Origin: Candidatus Levyibacteriota bacterium
GTDB taxonomy: Bacteria; Patescibacteriota; Microgenomatia; Levybacterales; UBA12049
Reading direction: 5' to 3'
DNA length: 64,000 nucleotides
Assembly: GCA_963790825.1 (NCBI GenBank)
Contig: CAWBPM010000002.1
Coordinates: forward strand, 359,159 to 423,158
A model generated the notes under the pieces. That model was not told the origin of the DNA. It searched no databases and saw nothing but the letters and a program-made list of their open reading frames with translations. Made by a program: the position numbers and the translations under genes. Below, piece by piece: positions 36,460 through 46,404 of this stretch; the first letter of the stretch is position 1, and every line of letters starts with the position of its first letter.

Positions 36460-36742
36460 TTATTTTTCCTCCTTCCTCTTTGTACACAAATACCTCTGCT
36501 CAAATGTGAATTCGTTTGATATAGGAAGAAGATACAAATACAAGTAGAAAAGTGAGGTATCTTTATCTCTTAAAAAAACTTAATCAAAATATAAGCAGAT
36601 GTACTTATGTATAATCTGCAGGACAAAGGTATGATAACATACTTAAAAGGCTTTGTCAATACCGCTATAGGGTTATTGGTGCATTTATCAGCTTCAAAGA
36701 GAAGTAACTTCCATCTGCCGGATGTGGTCTTTTGCAAAGGGG

Positions 36743-37999
36743 TTATTTTAGCGGATCTTTTTCATGCTCAACATTATTATTCTTCTTGATTGGTAGAGAG
36801 AAACGAAATGTTGAGCCTTTACCCTCAATACTTTCTACCCAGATCTTCCCTTTATGCTGTGTTATAATTTCATAAGATATATATAGTCCAAGTCCGAGCC
36901 CGGAAATATTATTTTCATCTTTACCTTTTACTCGAAAAAACCGGTCAAATACTCTGTTCTGTTCTTCTTTGGGAATACCTAAGCCAAAATCCTGCACTGA
37001 GATTATTATATTATTACCATCTTGTGACAACGAAACTATCACGCGGTCCCCAGTTGGTGAATATTTAATTGCGTTCGAGATAAGATTTACTAAAACTTGC
37101 ATAATCCGTTCTTTATCGGCATATATCGTTACTTTTGACTGATCGTTGTATTCTACAATATGTGATTTTGTCGTGTACTGAAAGTCAGATACCACTATGT
37201 TTATCAGTTCATTTACCTCAAAATTTTTCTTATGTAATTCTAATTTTCCATTCTGTATTTTATAGACATTCACAAACGATGCCATAAGATGTGTCAGGTT
37301 TTCAATCTGTTCTGTCATTTTCGACAGAAAGTACGAACCCCGTTCGTCTTTTATCTGTTTATGATGTTTTTCCAGAAGTTGAGCAAAAATTATGATACTG
37401 GTTAAAGGTGTTTTGAGTTCGTGAGAGACAATCCCGATAAAGTCATCTTTCTGTTTTTCCAGTTGTTTTCTATCTGTTATATCATCAAAAGCAAGGAGAA
37501 TTGCTTCTGTGTTATTTACCTGACGGTATGTTCTTCGTGCATTAAGGAGCATTGTTCGTTTGCCGACATGGGGTAGATCAATCTCTACCTCATAGTTATC
37601 GAACTGGGTATTAGCAGGAAGGATTTTCTCAAGTAATATTTTTAATTTAGGAATATTCCATGCGTGTTGATTTAACTTATAAACCAACTGGTTCTCTGTT
37701 TCTAAGGGTGTTAATTTAAAAGTATCATAAAAAGACCTGTTTGCAGTAAGAACCTGCAACTTCTTATTTAAAACAACCAATGGTAAGTGTACCGAATCAA
37801 CAATAGCTTCCGAATAATCAAGGGCATATTTCAAAAGATCAAGAGAGCGCTTGAGTTCATTCACATCAATTCCGGGAATAATACTTGAGTGGTCAGATGG
37901 GGTAATTCGTTTTTGTACTGCTTCTTTTACAGACGCGTGTGGCAACTCCGGTTCATTATTGCTCCTTATAACTTTTTTTAGGGAGAGTCTCCTGCTCAC
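36743..37999 (-). CDS. PAS-domain sensor histidine kinase (orphan)
   Basis: H-box HELKTPLTSI. The G-box GLGLGLYISYEIITQHKGKIWVES. No response regulator is adjacent. Confidence 0.8.
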   Translation of the reverse strand: MSRRLSLKKVIRSNNEPELPHASVKEAVQKRITPSDHSSIIPGIDVNELKRSLDLLKYALDYSEAIVDSVHLPLVVLNKKLQVLTANRSFYDTFKLTPLETENQLVYKLNQHAWNIPKLKILLEKILPANTQFDNYEVEIDLPHVGKRTMLLNARRTYRQVNNTEAILLAFDDITDRKQLEKQKDDFIGIVSHELKTPLTSIIIFAQLLEKHHKQIKDERGSYFLSKMTEQIENLTHLMASFVNVYKIQNGKLELHKKNFEVNELINIVVSDFQYTTKSHIVEYNDQSKVTIYADKERIMQVLVNLISNAIKYSPTGDRVIVSLSQDGNNIIISVQDFGLGIPKEEQNRVFDRFFRVKGKDENNISGLGLGLYISYEIITQHKGKIWVESIEGKGSTFRFSLPIKKNNNVEHEKDPLK

Positions 38000-38223
38000 T
38001 ACATATCACCCTTTTTATTTTATAGCAAATATCAAATATTTACAATACTTCTTTTTGTATTAAATAATTACAATAACTCATAAGAGGACACAGACGAAAA
38101 AAGTATTTGAAATAGTTTATATATTATCGCTGTCAAGTCTTGATTTATACCGAGTTCCCATTTTGAGCATCTCAAGGTATAATATTAGCCGTATAATATA
38201 ATAATGAGATATAATAAACATAT

Positions 38224-39336
38224 ATGTTAAGCTTAAAAAGATCGCTTCGTGTATTACCAATCCATGTCATCAACCCACGCGGTGACAAGGAAACAGCGCT
38301 CCATATCGGCGAGGAATTGGAATCACTGATTGCAACCGTCGGAGGACAGATTCCCGATCGAATAATTCAACATCTTGATAAACCCAACAATGCAACTTTT
38401 ATCGGAAAAGGGAAGGTAGAGGAAGTGGCACAAAAGATAACTGAGGAACAAATCGATGTGGTGGTCCTAAATGCTATGGTAAAACCACACCAGGTGCACG
38501 AATTAAAAACAGAGTTGCAAAAAGTTAAGCCGGATATTGAGGTATGGGATAGAATTGACCTCCTACTACATATTTTTGCTAAACACGCGGTAACCCGTGA
38601 GTCAAAACTGCAAATTGAGCTCGCACGGATGAACTATATGGGTCCTAGGATTTACGGAATGGGGTATATATTATCAAGACAAGCAGGGGGTATCGGAACG
38701 CAGGGAGTGGGGGAAACAAATACGGAGCTGATGAAACGGCATTGGCGGGATGAGAAAAAGAGAATAACCGACCAGTTGGAAAAAATTAGCAGGAGCCGGC
38801 AGGAACAGCTAAGTAGGCGTAAAAGAGCAGGATTTAAAACTATATCAATTGTCGGATACACAAATGCGGGAAAAAGTTCATTATTTAATCTTTTAACCGG
38901 AAAAAAGAATCTGGTAAAAAATGTATTGTTCGCAACGCTTGACAGCACCGTAGGCAAAATATATATCGAAGACCTCCACACGGAAGTTTTAGTGACCGAT
39001 ACCATTGGTTTTATTAGGGATTTACCGCCTCTTCTGATTAGTGCTTTTAAATCAACACTTCTGGAGTCGGTACATGCCGATGTAATCTTGCAGGTTATTG
39101 ATGTATCTGACCCTGAGGTAGATAGCAAAATAACCGTAGTTAGTGAAATCCTAAAAGAACTGGGGAGAAAAGTTGAAGATATGATCTATGTATTTAATAA
39201 GGTCGATCTCGTTCCAAATCTTAACAAAAAGGTACTTTCGCAAAAATATAAAGACTTTTCGCCTATTTTTATTTCGGTTAAGAACGAAGAGGAAATTTCT
39301 ACGCTAAAAAAATGTATTAGGAAAGCTTTGTCATAA
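38224..39336 (+). CDS. hflX: GTPase HflX
   Basis: GYTNAGKSSLFNLLTG and DTIGFI G-motifs. An N-terminal HflX domain is present. Confidence 0.9.
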   Translation: MLSLKRSLRVLPIHVINPRGDKETALHIGEELESLIATVGGQIPDRIIQHLDKPNNATFIGKGKVEEVAQKITEEQIDVVVLNAMVKPHQVHELKTELQKVKPDIEVWDRIDLLLHIFAKHAVTRESKLQIELARMNYMGPRIYGMGYILSRQAGGIGTQGVGETNTELMKRHWRDEKKRITDQLEKISRSRQEQLSRRKRAGFKTISIVGYTNAGKSSLFNLLTGKKNLVKNVLFATLDSTVGKIYIEDLHTEVLVTDTIGFIRDLPPLLISAFKSTLLESVHADVILQVIDVSDPEVDSKITVVSEILKELGRKVEDMIYVFNKVDLVPNLNKKVLSQKYKDFSPIFISVKNEEEISTLKKCIRKALS

Positions 39337-39411
39337 AGTTTTTTGTAAATTTATACATCAGCCTTGCTGGCACTTTTGAACATTTCTTCGCCACGTTCCT
39401 CGACTATGAGT

Positions 39412-40245
39412 TCAGGACAAGTTCTCGGAATTTTTTACGCGACTAAGCCGCAATTCCTGTAGTTCTCTAAAAGCATTTTCTATACGGTTGTCTACTTCCC
39501 CCATCTCCGGAGAAAAATTTGCATCCTTAGCATTCTTTCTTGAACGTATAGCAATATCTGCTTTTGTAAGATTACCAAGAAAGGTATAGAGATCCCGATT
39601 AGTACTTCCCACTGTTGCAAGCGAAGTTTCTACGGGACCGGCCAGAGTTCCGAAATTGACAGATTGCACTCCCTGTTCCTCCAACCAACTCTTTATAAAA
39701 AATGCTTTATATCCGTTATGTACTATCTCATCCAGCATAACGATACTTTGGGGTAATCTGTCATTTTTCCCTAACTTTTTTTGTAATAAATTCCTCCTTA
39801 GAGCGAAAGAGGTTCTGTATTGTTCGCCTTTAAGCAAATAGTCCACATAAAAATCTTCATCAGTATGCAGAGAGCTGCATTCCGCTTTATATAATATTTT
39901 ATTTTCTTCTTCATCAAAGGTTACAATCGGCGGGCGAAAATCTATCTCATCTATTGCAATAAGAGATCTTCTTGTAACATCAGCACTTCTTCCGCTTAGG
40001 ATAATGACGTCCGGATTAAGTCTGTCAGCCCAGATGGCAATATTTTTAGCAGCATTTGCCCATTCATTTAACACCTGCTGCGTAGGACGTAATCCGTCAA
40101 AACTAATAGTTAATTGTTTTTCGATGGGTAGGGTATTTCTCAGACGATTGTATTCATATTTCAAATCAAACTTTCTTTCTAATTCAAGACGTGCCTTTGT
40201 AATCGCATAAACTTCAGGAGATATCATGGTACCTCGATTATACAA
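39412..40245 (-). CDS. Hypothetical protein (weak phosphoribosyltransferase-like motif)
   Basis: SIVMLDEIVHNG loosely resembles a PRTase PRPP motif. Confidence 0.3.
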   Translation of the reverse strand: MYNRGTMISPEVYAITKARLELERKFDLKYEYNRLRNTLPIEKQLTISFDGLRPTQQVLNEWANAAKNIAIWADRLNPDVIILSGRSADVTRRSLIAIDEIDFRPPIVTFDEEENKILYKAECSSLHTDEDFYVDYLLKGEQYRTSFALRRNLLQKKLGKNDRLPQSIVMLDEIVHNGYKAFFIKSWLEEQGVQSVNFGTLAGPVETSLATVGSTNRDLYTFLGNLTKADIAIRSRKNAKDANFSPEMGEVDNRIENAFRELQELRLSRVKNSENLS

Positions 40246-40363
40246 TATACACAGCTTGTAGTTTAATCAGATAGAATCAAACTATTTTTGATAGTTTTTT
40301 AAGGAAATTTGAGGCTAAATCCGTGATAGCTACTGATCTGTTGAGTCTTGACAATGTCGGAAC

Positions 40364-40672
40364 TTATTTTTTCTCCCAACGGTTTTTATCTCTGCCGTAA
40401 GCCTTTTCCATAATTCTTTTAAAATGGGTGTCTAAATCTATGTTTAAAGAGTTTGCCATACAAATCACTGTAAAAATTATATCTGCGAGTTCGTCTCCGA
40501 TTTCCTGAGTTTCCTCTGCTGGTTTTTTCTTTTTTGAGCCAAATCGATGATTTATTTCTCTTGCTAATTCACCAACCTCTTCGCTAAGTCTGGCTAAAAT
40601 TTCAAAAGGTAAAAAGTAACCGATTTTATATTGAGTAACCCACTTATCTACTTCTTTTTGGAGTTGTTTCAT
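40364..40672 (-). CDS. MazG-like nucleotide pyrophosphohydrolase (small, single domain)
   Basis: SEEVGELAREI ... EIGDELADIIF carries the EExxE/D motifs of the MazG/NTP-PPase fold. Confidence 0.7.
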   Translation of the reverse strand: MKQLQKEVDKWVTQYKIGYFLPFEILARLSEEVGELAREINHRFGSKKKKPAEETQEIGDELADIIFTVICMANSLNIDLDTHFKRIMEKAYGRDKNRWEKK

Positions 40673-40727
40673 TACATGGATTATATAACAAGAGCTATAA
40701 TGTTGTAAACTGGGATGACTTCAAAAA

Positions 40728-40742
40728 GCTGTCGAGCCTGGA
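40728..40742. repeat. Copy 1 of the tRNA-Gln 3'-end 15-mer GCTGTCGAGCCTGGA
   Basis: An exact 15-mer, identical to the 3' acceptor/T-stem region of tRNA-Gln at 45296-45310. It is followed by a degenerate T-arm-like sequence (CACGTTAGAACCAG). Confidence 0.7.
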
Positions 40743-41110
40743 CACGTTAGAACCAGTTTAACCTCGCAAAGCCATTACAATTTCTTTTCATGACTATTTC
40801 TCGTATATACATATTGAACATAATATGCCGGATTATGGCTATCATATGGGATAACCTGTTTTTCAGCCATGGATTGTCTTTTTTAGTTAACGATTGTATT
40901 CTTTGTAGTGATTATCCTATTGTCAAAGTCGTTATTATCAATAAGTACATCTGACAGATGCCTCCTCAACATTAACAAGTCCGATTGTCTTGTCTTCAAA
41001 ATTTTTAGTAATTTCACTTTTAATTGAATCACCTTAAGCTGTTTTTTGTTGTAGCAGACACTTGTAAAATTCCAAAAGAATACGATATTATTAGATTGTA
41101 CCTGTAAATT

Positions 41111-42256
41111 GTGAAAAAAGATAAATCACTGGCAAAACTTTTCAAAGGCAATATTGGAATTTCATATATCGCATTTATTATAGTACTTGTAATTATATTG
41201 AGTGCTTTAATGTCGGGCGGAATTACGCCAAATAATGGTTCAACTCTGACAGGGAGCCCCGTAACTCCGATGGTCCCAGCCACGACATCTGGCCACCCCG
41301 TTCTTCAGCTATATACATTTGGGTTTACCACTCCTGCTCCTACAATTTCCACTATTTCTATAACTCCTCCTCCGGGCACAACTTCGACATCGGTTGCTAA
41401 TGGTAAAGTTTGTACAGTAGACGGTGGGGACGAAATCCTTTTAATACCGGCTTGTGGAGCTGATTCACAATGTGATTATATCAGTCAGGAATACCTGGCA
41501 TACGCTTGCGATGCCAGCTTTTGCTCTGGAAAATATGACAACGGAGTATTTTTAGATACATTATTAAATGGACCTGCCGGAGTAGTATATTGCATAGTTC
41601 AAACAGGAGCTCCGGATCCAAACGAAATAGCTACGCCCGCTAATATTGCTGCAGCAGCAGCACTAGTTCCCGGTAGCTGTCAGGAAGCCTGTGAAGGCAA
41701 ACCTGTCATTTATCTTTATCCAACCAAACCAACACTTGTCTCTGTAAGTCTCACTGTTCCGGGAGTAATTGTCGCAAGTATTCCTCAGTATCCGCAAAAT
41801 GGTTGGGAAAATGTTTTGGCACAACCTGACGGTACATTAACCTACCAGGGTAAAACATACAGCGAGCTTTTCTACGAATCTCAAGTGGATAGGGTTAGTC
41901 CTTCGCAAAGTGGCGTTGTCATTACTGCTTCTGATCTCAGAGAAAAATTAACTGAGATTACATTTAAGCTAGGACTCAAACCAAGTGAACAAGCTGAATT
42001 CCTTGGCTACTGGCTGCCAAGACTTAACCAACTTAATTCTCCCTATATTCTATTCTCACTCACCGATCCTGCGGAGAAGGAACGAATCGATCATGTGGAT
42101 ATTACACCAGCCCCTCAGACAAGAATTGAATTCCTGGTTGATTTTAAACCTCTGAAAGAACCTATACAGGTCAATCCTCTTATTCTTCCTGTCAACCCAC
42201 CAAAACGGGTTGGGTTTACCGAAGTTGAATGGGGCGGAACAATTGATTACAAATAA
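41111..42256 (+). CDS. Hypothetical exported or membrane-anchored protein
   Basis: GTG start. N-terminal TM (IGISYIAFIIVLVIILSAL). Multiple Cys residues. Confidence 0.4.
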   Translation: MKKDKSLAKLFKGNIGISYIAFIIVLVIILSALMSGGITPNNGSTLTGSPVTPMVPATTSGHPVLQLYTFGFTTPAPTISTISITPPPGTTSTSVANGKVCTVDGGDEILLIPACGADSQCDYISQEYLAYACDASFCSGKYDNGVFLDTLLNGPAGVVYCIVQTGAPDPNEIATPANIAAAAALVPGSCQEACEGKPVIYLYPTKPTLVSVSLTVPGVIVASIPQYPQNGWENVLAQPDGTLTYQGKTYSELFYESQVDRVSPSQSGVVITASDLREKLTEITFKLGLKPSEQAEFLGYWLPRLNQLNSPYILFSLTDPAEKERIDHVDITPAPQTRIEFLVDFKPLKEPIQVNPLILPVNPPKRVGFTEVEWGGTIDYK

Positions 42257-42349
42257 ATATTTCTAAGTACCGCTCTTAAAATTAAGATGCCCAACAAAAC
42301 CTAATAGTAATCCGTGCAGATTGATTGATATTCAAAACAATGAAAACAA

Positions 42350-43027
42350 CTAGCGAAGAAGTTTGAAAGAAGCAAGTATGTTGTTAAAAATACTTTCAAG
42401 TTGCGGATCTCGATTTGGCGCAATACCTATATATTTATATTCAAAAAAATAGCTGGAGCCATTATAGTACAAGATAAGGTAAGTCTTGTAAGTAACACTT
42501 TGGTTTACAAAGTTTGCTCTGATCGGAGGCGTCGTACCGAGTAACCTGGTTGCCTGGAGATTATCAACAAAAATAAAATCCATCTTAAATCCAGAATTAA
42601 CAAGAGTAAGCTCGTTTTGTTTTAGTGTCGCAGCAGCCGAACCGCTTTCAGAAAAAATGGTAATATTAGAGGAGGCAGATGAGGACATAGGTTTTATGTT
42701 TACCCCCGGTTCTGTAGGGGAAAAATTTTCTTCCTGTACCTGCCAATCCGGAGGATAAAGAAAACTATATTGAGTATTTTGATAGTTTTTCCAACCGACA
42801 GTTGGGTTGAGAGCCTGTGTTGGGAAGGATGATTGCTTGGCGATTCCGGAATTGTTTGAGACAGAATTGCCGGAATTGACAGTTCGAGGTGTACTATTTT
42901 TGCTTGTCAAACTTATAGTAAGAAAGGTAAGCAAAATAAGCAAAATCACTACTCCAAATCCGGCAGAAACAAAAAGAAGAACTTTTTTATCCAACTGAAG
43001 AGAAGCAATCTTAGAAAGAATATCCAT
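42350..43027 (-). CDS. Hypothetical membrane-anchored protein
   Basis: N-terminal TM helix followed by a Ser/Asn-rich linker. Confidence 0.4.
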   Translation of the reverse strand: MDILSKIASLQLDKKVLLFVSAGFGVVILLILLTFLTISLTSKNSTPRTVNSGNSVSNNSGIAKQSSFPTQALNPTVGWKNYQNTQYSFLYPPDWQVQEENFSPTEPGVNIKPMSSSASSNITIFSESGSAAATLKQNELTLVNSGFKMDFIFVDNLQATRLLGTTPPIRANFVNQSVTYKTYLILYYNGSSYFFEYKYIGIAPNRDPQLESIFNNILASFKLLR

Positions 43028-43267
43028 ATATCAAGTATTTCATCCCTAAAAGATCTTTGTCAACTGCTTGATTTACAAGGAAATTCTAAATATCCGAGGT
43101 TCGCTATTCCGAGTTAAAGAACTGGGCTGGCGAGTTTGTTTGGAGATGGAATTAAATATATTCTAGCTTATTAAATACTTTACTTTCGAAAAACTTAACA
43201 AACTTGGTTTCGGTACCATAATAATCGGATTGTATTAACTTTATCAGAAAGAAATAACAAACAAGTC

Positions 43268-43296
43268 TTGACAGGTATCTTATAGCGTGATATATT
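43268..43296 (+). promoter_or_regulatory. Sigma70-type promoter (TTGACA-17-TATATT) for the DUF2341 gene
   Basis: cTTGACAggtatcttatagcgtgaTATATT lies 26 nt upstream of the ATG at 43323. Confidence 0.5.
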
Positions 43297-43322
43297 TTGA
43301 ATCTAGTTAACAGATCTCGAAA

Positions 43323-44336
43323 ATGAATTATAAAAAAATTATTTTAGGTACATTTTTCTTAGCTTTATTTGGGGTTATTTTTGCTTTACACTCTACCAGT
43401 GAAGCTGCCACCACCCCATGGTGGAACAGCGCCTGGAGTTACAGGGCTCCAATAACTATAACTGAGACCTCAGGTTCAAGTCTAACTAATTATCAAGTCG
43501 CAATCACTGTCTCCTATTCTGCCAAGATGAAATCTGATTTTAGCGATATCAGATTTGTAAGTAGCGATAACGCAACTGAACTCCCTTACTGGCGTCAAAC
43601 CTACTCTGGTACTTCAGCTACTTTCTGGGTTGAGGTTCCATCTGTTCCGGCATTAGGAACTGCCAGTATCTATATGTATTACGGTAACTCCACTGCTCAA
43701 ACCACCAGCAACATCCACAACACATTTTTGTGGGGTGATGATTTTGAGAATGCAACATGGACTAGTAACAATATACATCAGGTAAACTATAGCGGTTCAA
43801 CACAATACGTACAGGGTGGTTTATATTACATGCAAGGTGCGGGGGCGAGCGAACCTATTGCCGAAATATATCAAAACGGTTCGTTGAAAAGCTTCCCGAA
43901 TAATTACATCGCTGAGGTTGATGTAAAACCAATAATTAAAGCCGGAAGCGCGTTCATTAACCCGAGATACAACTCAGTCACCGACAAGTATGAATCTTTA
44001 ATGGATATTAAATACAATGCCGCCGGTGTAAACAAAGTGGTAAATGATTCGTGGGCAACTCTTCAGTGGAATCCTGTTAACTTTACCATTAACGTCGGTA
44101 CTACGTATAAATTGAAAGCAGTAACTCTCAGGGAAGGAGCCACAAACCGATTACAAGTTTACATAAATGACGTGATGTATGTTAATCTTACCGATTCCAG
44201 TCTTTCTTATCCCGGATTGGCATTTTTAACTTACGACTGGCAGAACCCCTTTGAAGTAACCTATGATAACTTTAGAGTTCACCAGTATGCCTCAAAAGAA
44301 CCAACCAGTCTGATCGGAGCGGAACAACACCCCTAA
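43323..44336 (+). CDS. Secreted DUF2341 plus concanavalin-A-like (LamG) domain protein
   Basis: Signal peptide. TTPWWNSAWSYRAPITITETSGSSLTNYQV ... DIRFVSSD is the DUF2341 signature. Confidence 0.6.
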   Translation: MNYKKIILGTFFLALFGVIFALHSTSEAATTPWWNSAWSYRAPITITETSGSSLTNYQVAITVSYSAKMKSDFSDIRFVSSDNATELPYWRQTYSGTSATFWVEVPSVPALGTASIYMYYGNSTAQTTSNIHNTFLWGDDFENATWTSNNIHQVNYSGSTQYVQGGLYYMQGAGASEPIAEIYQNGSLKSFPNNYIAEVDVKPIIKAGSAFINPRYNSVTDKYESLMDIKYNAAGVNKVVNDSWATLQWNPVNFTINVGTTYKLKAVTLREGATNRLQVYINDVMYVNLTDSSLSYPGLAFLTYDWQNPFEVTYDNFRVHQYASKEPTSLIGAEQHP

Positions 44337-44418
44337 AAAAAGCTTGTACAATCTTTATTGTGTTCTCGGAAGAATCGAATCCTCAAATTTTCAGCTTCAC
44401 CCGCCTAAATTTGTGTTG

Positions 44419-44433
44419 GCTGTCGAGCCTGGA
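44419..44433. repeat. Copy 2 of the tRNA-Gln 3'-end 15-mer GCTGTCGAGCCTGGA
   Basis: An exact 15-mer, followed by the degenerate CTATTTCCGAAC. Confidence 0.7.
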
Positions 44434-44602
44434 CTATTTCCGAACTTATGAATGGCAAAACCCAAAGTTTATTTATTATCAGGCACAAAAATATTTATAT
44501 ACTGAAATATAATTGGGCGTATGTAAGAATATCTTTCGTTAGGTTATCTTAGAAATAGTTATTGACCAGATATAAAAAGGGTGTATACTTTCATCATTAA
44601 CT

Positions 44603-45133
44603 ATGCCTGAGAAGTTAGGACCAACAATACAATCCGATACATTACGGACAACAACTGTCGAACATCGTCAATCATCAACGACAGGAAGAAGATTGGTGGT
44701 ATTCGGTAAAGATAACTCTGTTCCACCGATTGAATATGTCTTTTTAGGTAGTGCAGAGCAATTGTTACATTTCATCGCAGTTGAACAACACCTTGATGAT
44801 ACGCTGCAACAAGGAACAACTCATACAATGCAAGATATATTTCGTTTACAACCAACCTTTCCCTCACATCTGATTAGAGAAACAGAAAAAATACTTAATA
44901 TCTATAAGATTAAAACAAATATAAGTAAAGGTGAACAGATACTAGAGGGACCGGCAGTTGCTCCAACTGCTCTAGGAGAAAAACCAAGAGTCATTGTAGA
45001 TACAACTGGTATGTGGGGACCAGTAGAATATGTGTTGGGGAAATGGAAAAAAAGCGAGCCTGCAACATCTTCAGAAGCAAGTAATCCAGTGAACAAAGAG
45101 ATGTTCCTCCTCCAGACGGACGGGCAACAGTAG
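44603..45133 (+). CDS. Hypothetical protein
   Basis: ORF only. Confidence 0.3.
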   Translation: MPEKLGPTIQSDTLRTTTVEHRQSSTTGRRLVVFGKDNSVPPIEYVFLGSAEQLLHFIAVEQHLDDTLQQGTTHTMQDIFRLQPTFPSHLIRETEKILNIYKIKTNISKGEQILEGPAVAPTALGEKPRVIVDTTGMWGPVEYVLGKWKKSEPATSSEASNPVNKEMFLLQTDGQQ

Positions 45134-45296
45134 CAAGTGCGAGCGGGAGATATTATAAATGATCCGGAAATAATCTACTGGGATCCCCTTGAAGAATTGA
45201 ATAGGTAATAATAAAAGTAAATTAAAATAAACCAGTTTGGATTCGAACCAAAATAGCTACAAAAATTAGAAGACCTTTGTTGATTTAGCCTCGTAG

Positions 45297-45367
45297 CTGT
45301 CGAGCCTGGATTCGAACCAGAATAAACAGATCCAAAGTCTGTTGTCCTACCATTAGACGACTCGACA
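45297..45367 (-). tRNA. tRNA-Gln (anticodon UUG)
   Basis: I folded this by hand. Acceptor stem TGTCGAG/CTCGACA. D-stem GTCT/GGAC. Anticodon stem ACAGA/TCTGT with loop CTTTGGA. T-arm TCTGG-TTCGAAT-CCAGG. Length 71 nt. G37 is unusual. No CCA is encoded. Confidence 0.7.
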
Positions 45368-45607
45368 ATGTTTTATTAATTCCTTAAATTGTATTCCTCC
45401 TTTATATGATTTTAACTCAATCTCTCTTTCTCTAGCCTCTTTATAATTTATAAACTCTTCAGTCAAGACTATCTTCCATGGTTTTCTACTCTTAGTAGAA
45501 AAAACTTGTCCAGCGTTATGTTTCTTTATTCGTAAATCTATATTCTTTGTTATACCTATATAATAACCATGGTCTTTGTGACTTTGTAATATATAGACTA
45601 CTACCAT
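45353..45607 (-). CDS. Small GIY-YIG nuclease family protein
   Basis: VYILQSHKDHGYYIGITKNIDLRIKKHNAG gives the GIY...YIG...R...H..G motifs. The last five codons overlap the 5' end of tRNA-Gln. Confidence 0.8.
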   Translation of the reverse strand: MVVVYILQSHKDHGYYIGITKNIDLRIKKHNAGQVFSTKSRKPWKIVLTEEFINYKEAREREIELKSYKGGIQFKELIKHCRVV

Positions 45608-45610
45608 AGC

Positions 45611-45656
45611 TGTTGTCCTACTTTACCCCGCAATGCGGGGCGAGGACGACTCGACA
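45611..45656. repeat. Duplicated tRNA-Gln 5' half, interrupted by a 23-nt GC hairpin
   Basis: TGTTGTCCTAC + TTTACCCCGCAATGCGGGGCGAG + GACGACTCGACA. Compare the real tRNA plus-strand sequence CTGTTGTCCTACCATTAGACGACTCGACA at 45339-45367. Confidence 0.65.
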
Positions 45657-45753
45657 TTATAAGAAAAAGACTCTGTAATGATATCAAATTGAGGATAATC
45701 ATTCAAATCTGAAAGTTTGACAATCTCTATAAGGCCATTTTATACTTCTAATT

Positions 45754-46173
45754 ATGAAAAACTTATATACTCCCTCAAAATTATTAAGTAGAAAAGATTT
45801 TTTAAGGCTTGAAAAAGTATTTTTTGTGTATTGGTCTAAAGACACGACTTACTCAGACGTTGCCGGTGAATGGACAACGGAAAATAAAGCTCTCGGACAA
45901 TGTCTTATTACTACTTTAATTGTTAATGATTTATATAGTGGAGAAATGGTTTATGATAGAAAGAATTCTCATTTTTGGAATATTTTGCCCGATAAAACAG
46001 AACAGGACTTTTCTAGGTCTCAGTTTAAAGTTAATAGGATTTTCACTATTACAAAATATAAAACCAGAGATGAGATGCTTTTTGACGAGAATGGAGTTAA
46101 GAAACACACTTTCGAAAAATATCAAATGCTCAAAGATAGATTTTTAAAGACACTGACAAATATATCTGAATAA
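45754..46173 (+). CDS. Hypothetical protein
   Basis: ORF only. Confidence 0.3.
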   Translation: MKNLYTPSKLLSRKDFLRLEKVFFVYWSKDTTYSDVAGEWTTENKALGQCLITTLIVNDLYSGEMVYDRKNSHFWNILPDKTEQDFSRSQFKVNRIFTITKYKTRDEMLFDENGVKKHTFEKYQMLKDRFLKTLTNISE

Positions 46174-46285
46174 AACCGAGATAATACTATAATTCTGAAA
46201 GTGCAGAATGATTATTCTTTACCAAACAAACCGCCAATCTTTTCTTTAGCAAAGCGAATCGTTCTGAACCTTGGCGAAAGATGAG

Positions 46286-46357
46286 AGCGGGCGATGGGAA
46301 TCGAACCCACCACATCTTCCTTGGCAAGGAAGCATTCTACCGATGAACTACGCCCGC
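46286..46357 (-). tRNA. tRNA-Gly (anticodon GCC)
   Basis: Acceptor stem GCGGGCG/CGCCCGC. Anticodon stem CTTCC/GGAAG with loop TTGCCAA. T-arm GTGGG-TTCGATT-CCCAT. Length 72 nt. Confidence 0.85.
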
Positions 46358-46404
46358 AAGAATTCTATTATACGAAAATAGAATCATAAAGACAAGAATC
46401 CTCT

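Noticed and set aside
40673-41110. A 440-nt ORF-free region after mazG, considered as a possible ncRNA gene
   Set aside because: No convincing conserved structure could be read. Its main recognisable content is the tRNA-Gln 3' 15-mer copy, which is reported separately.
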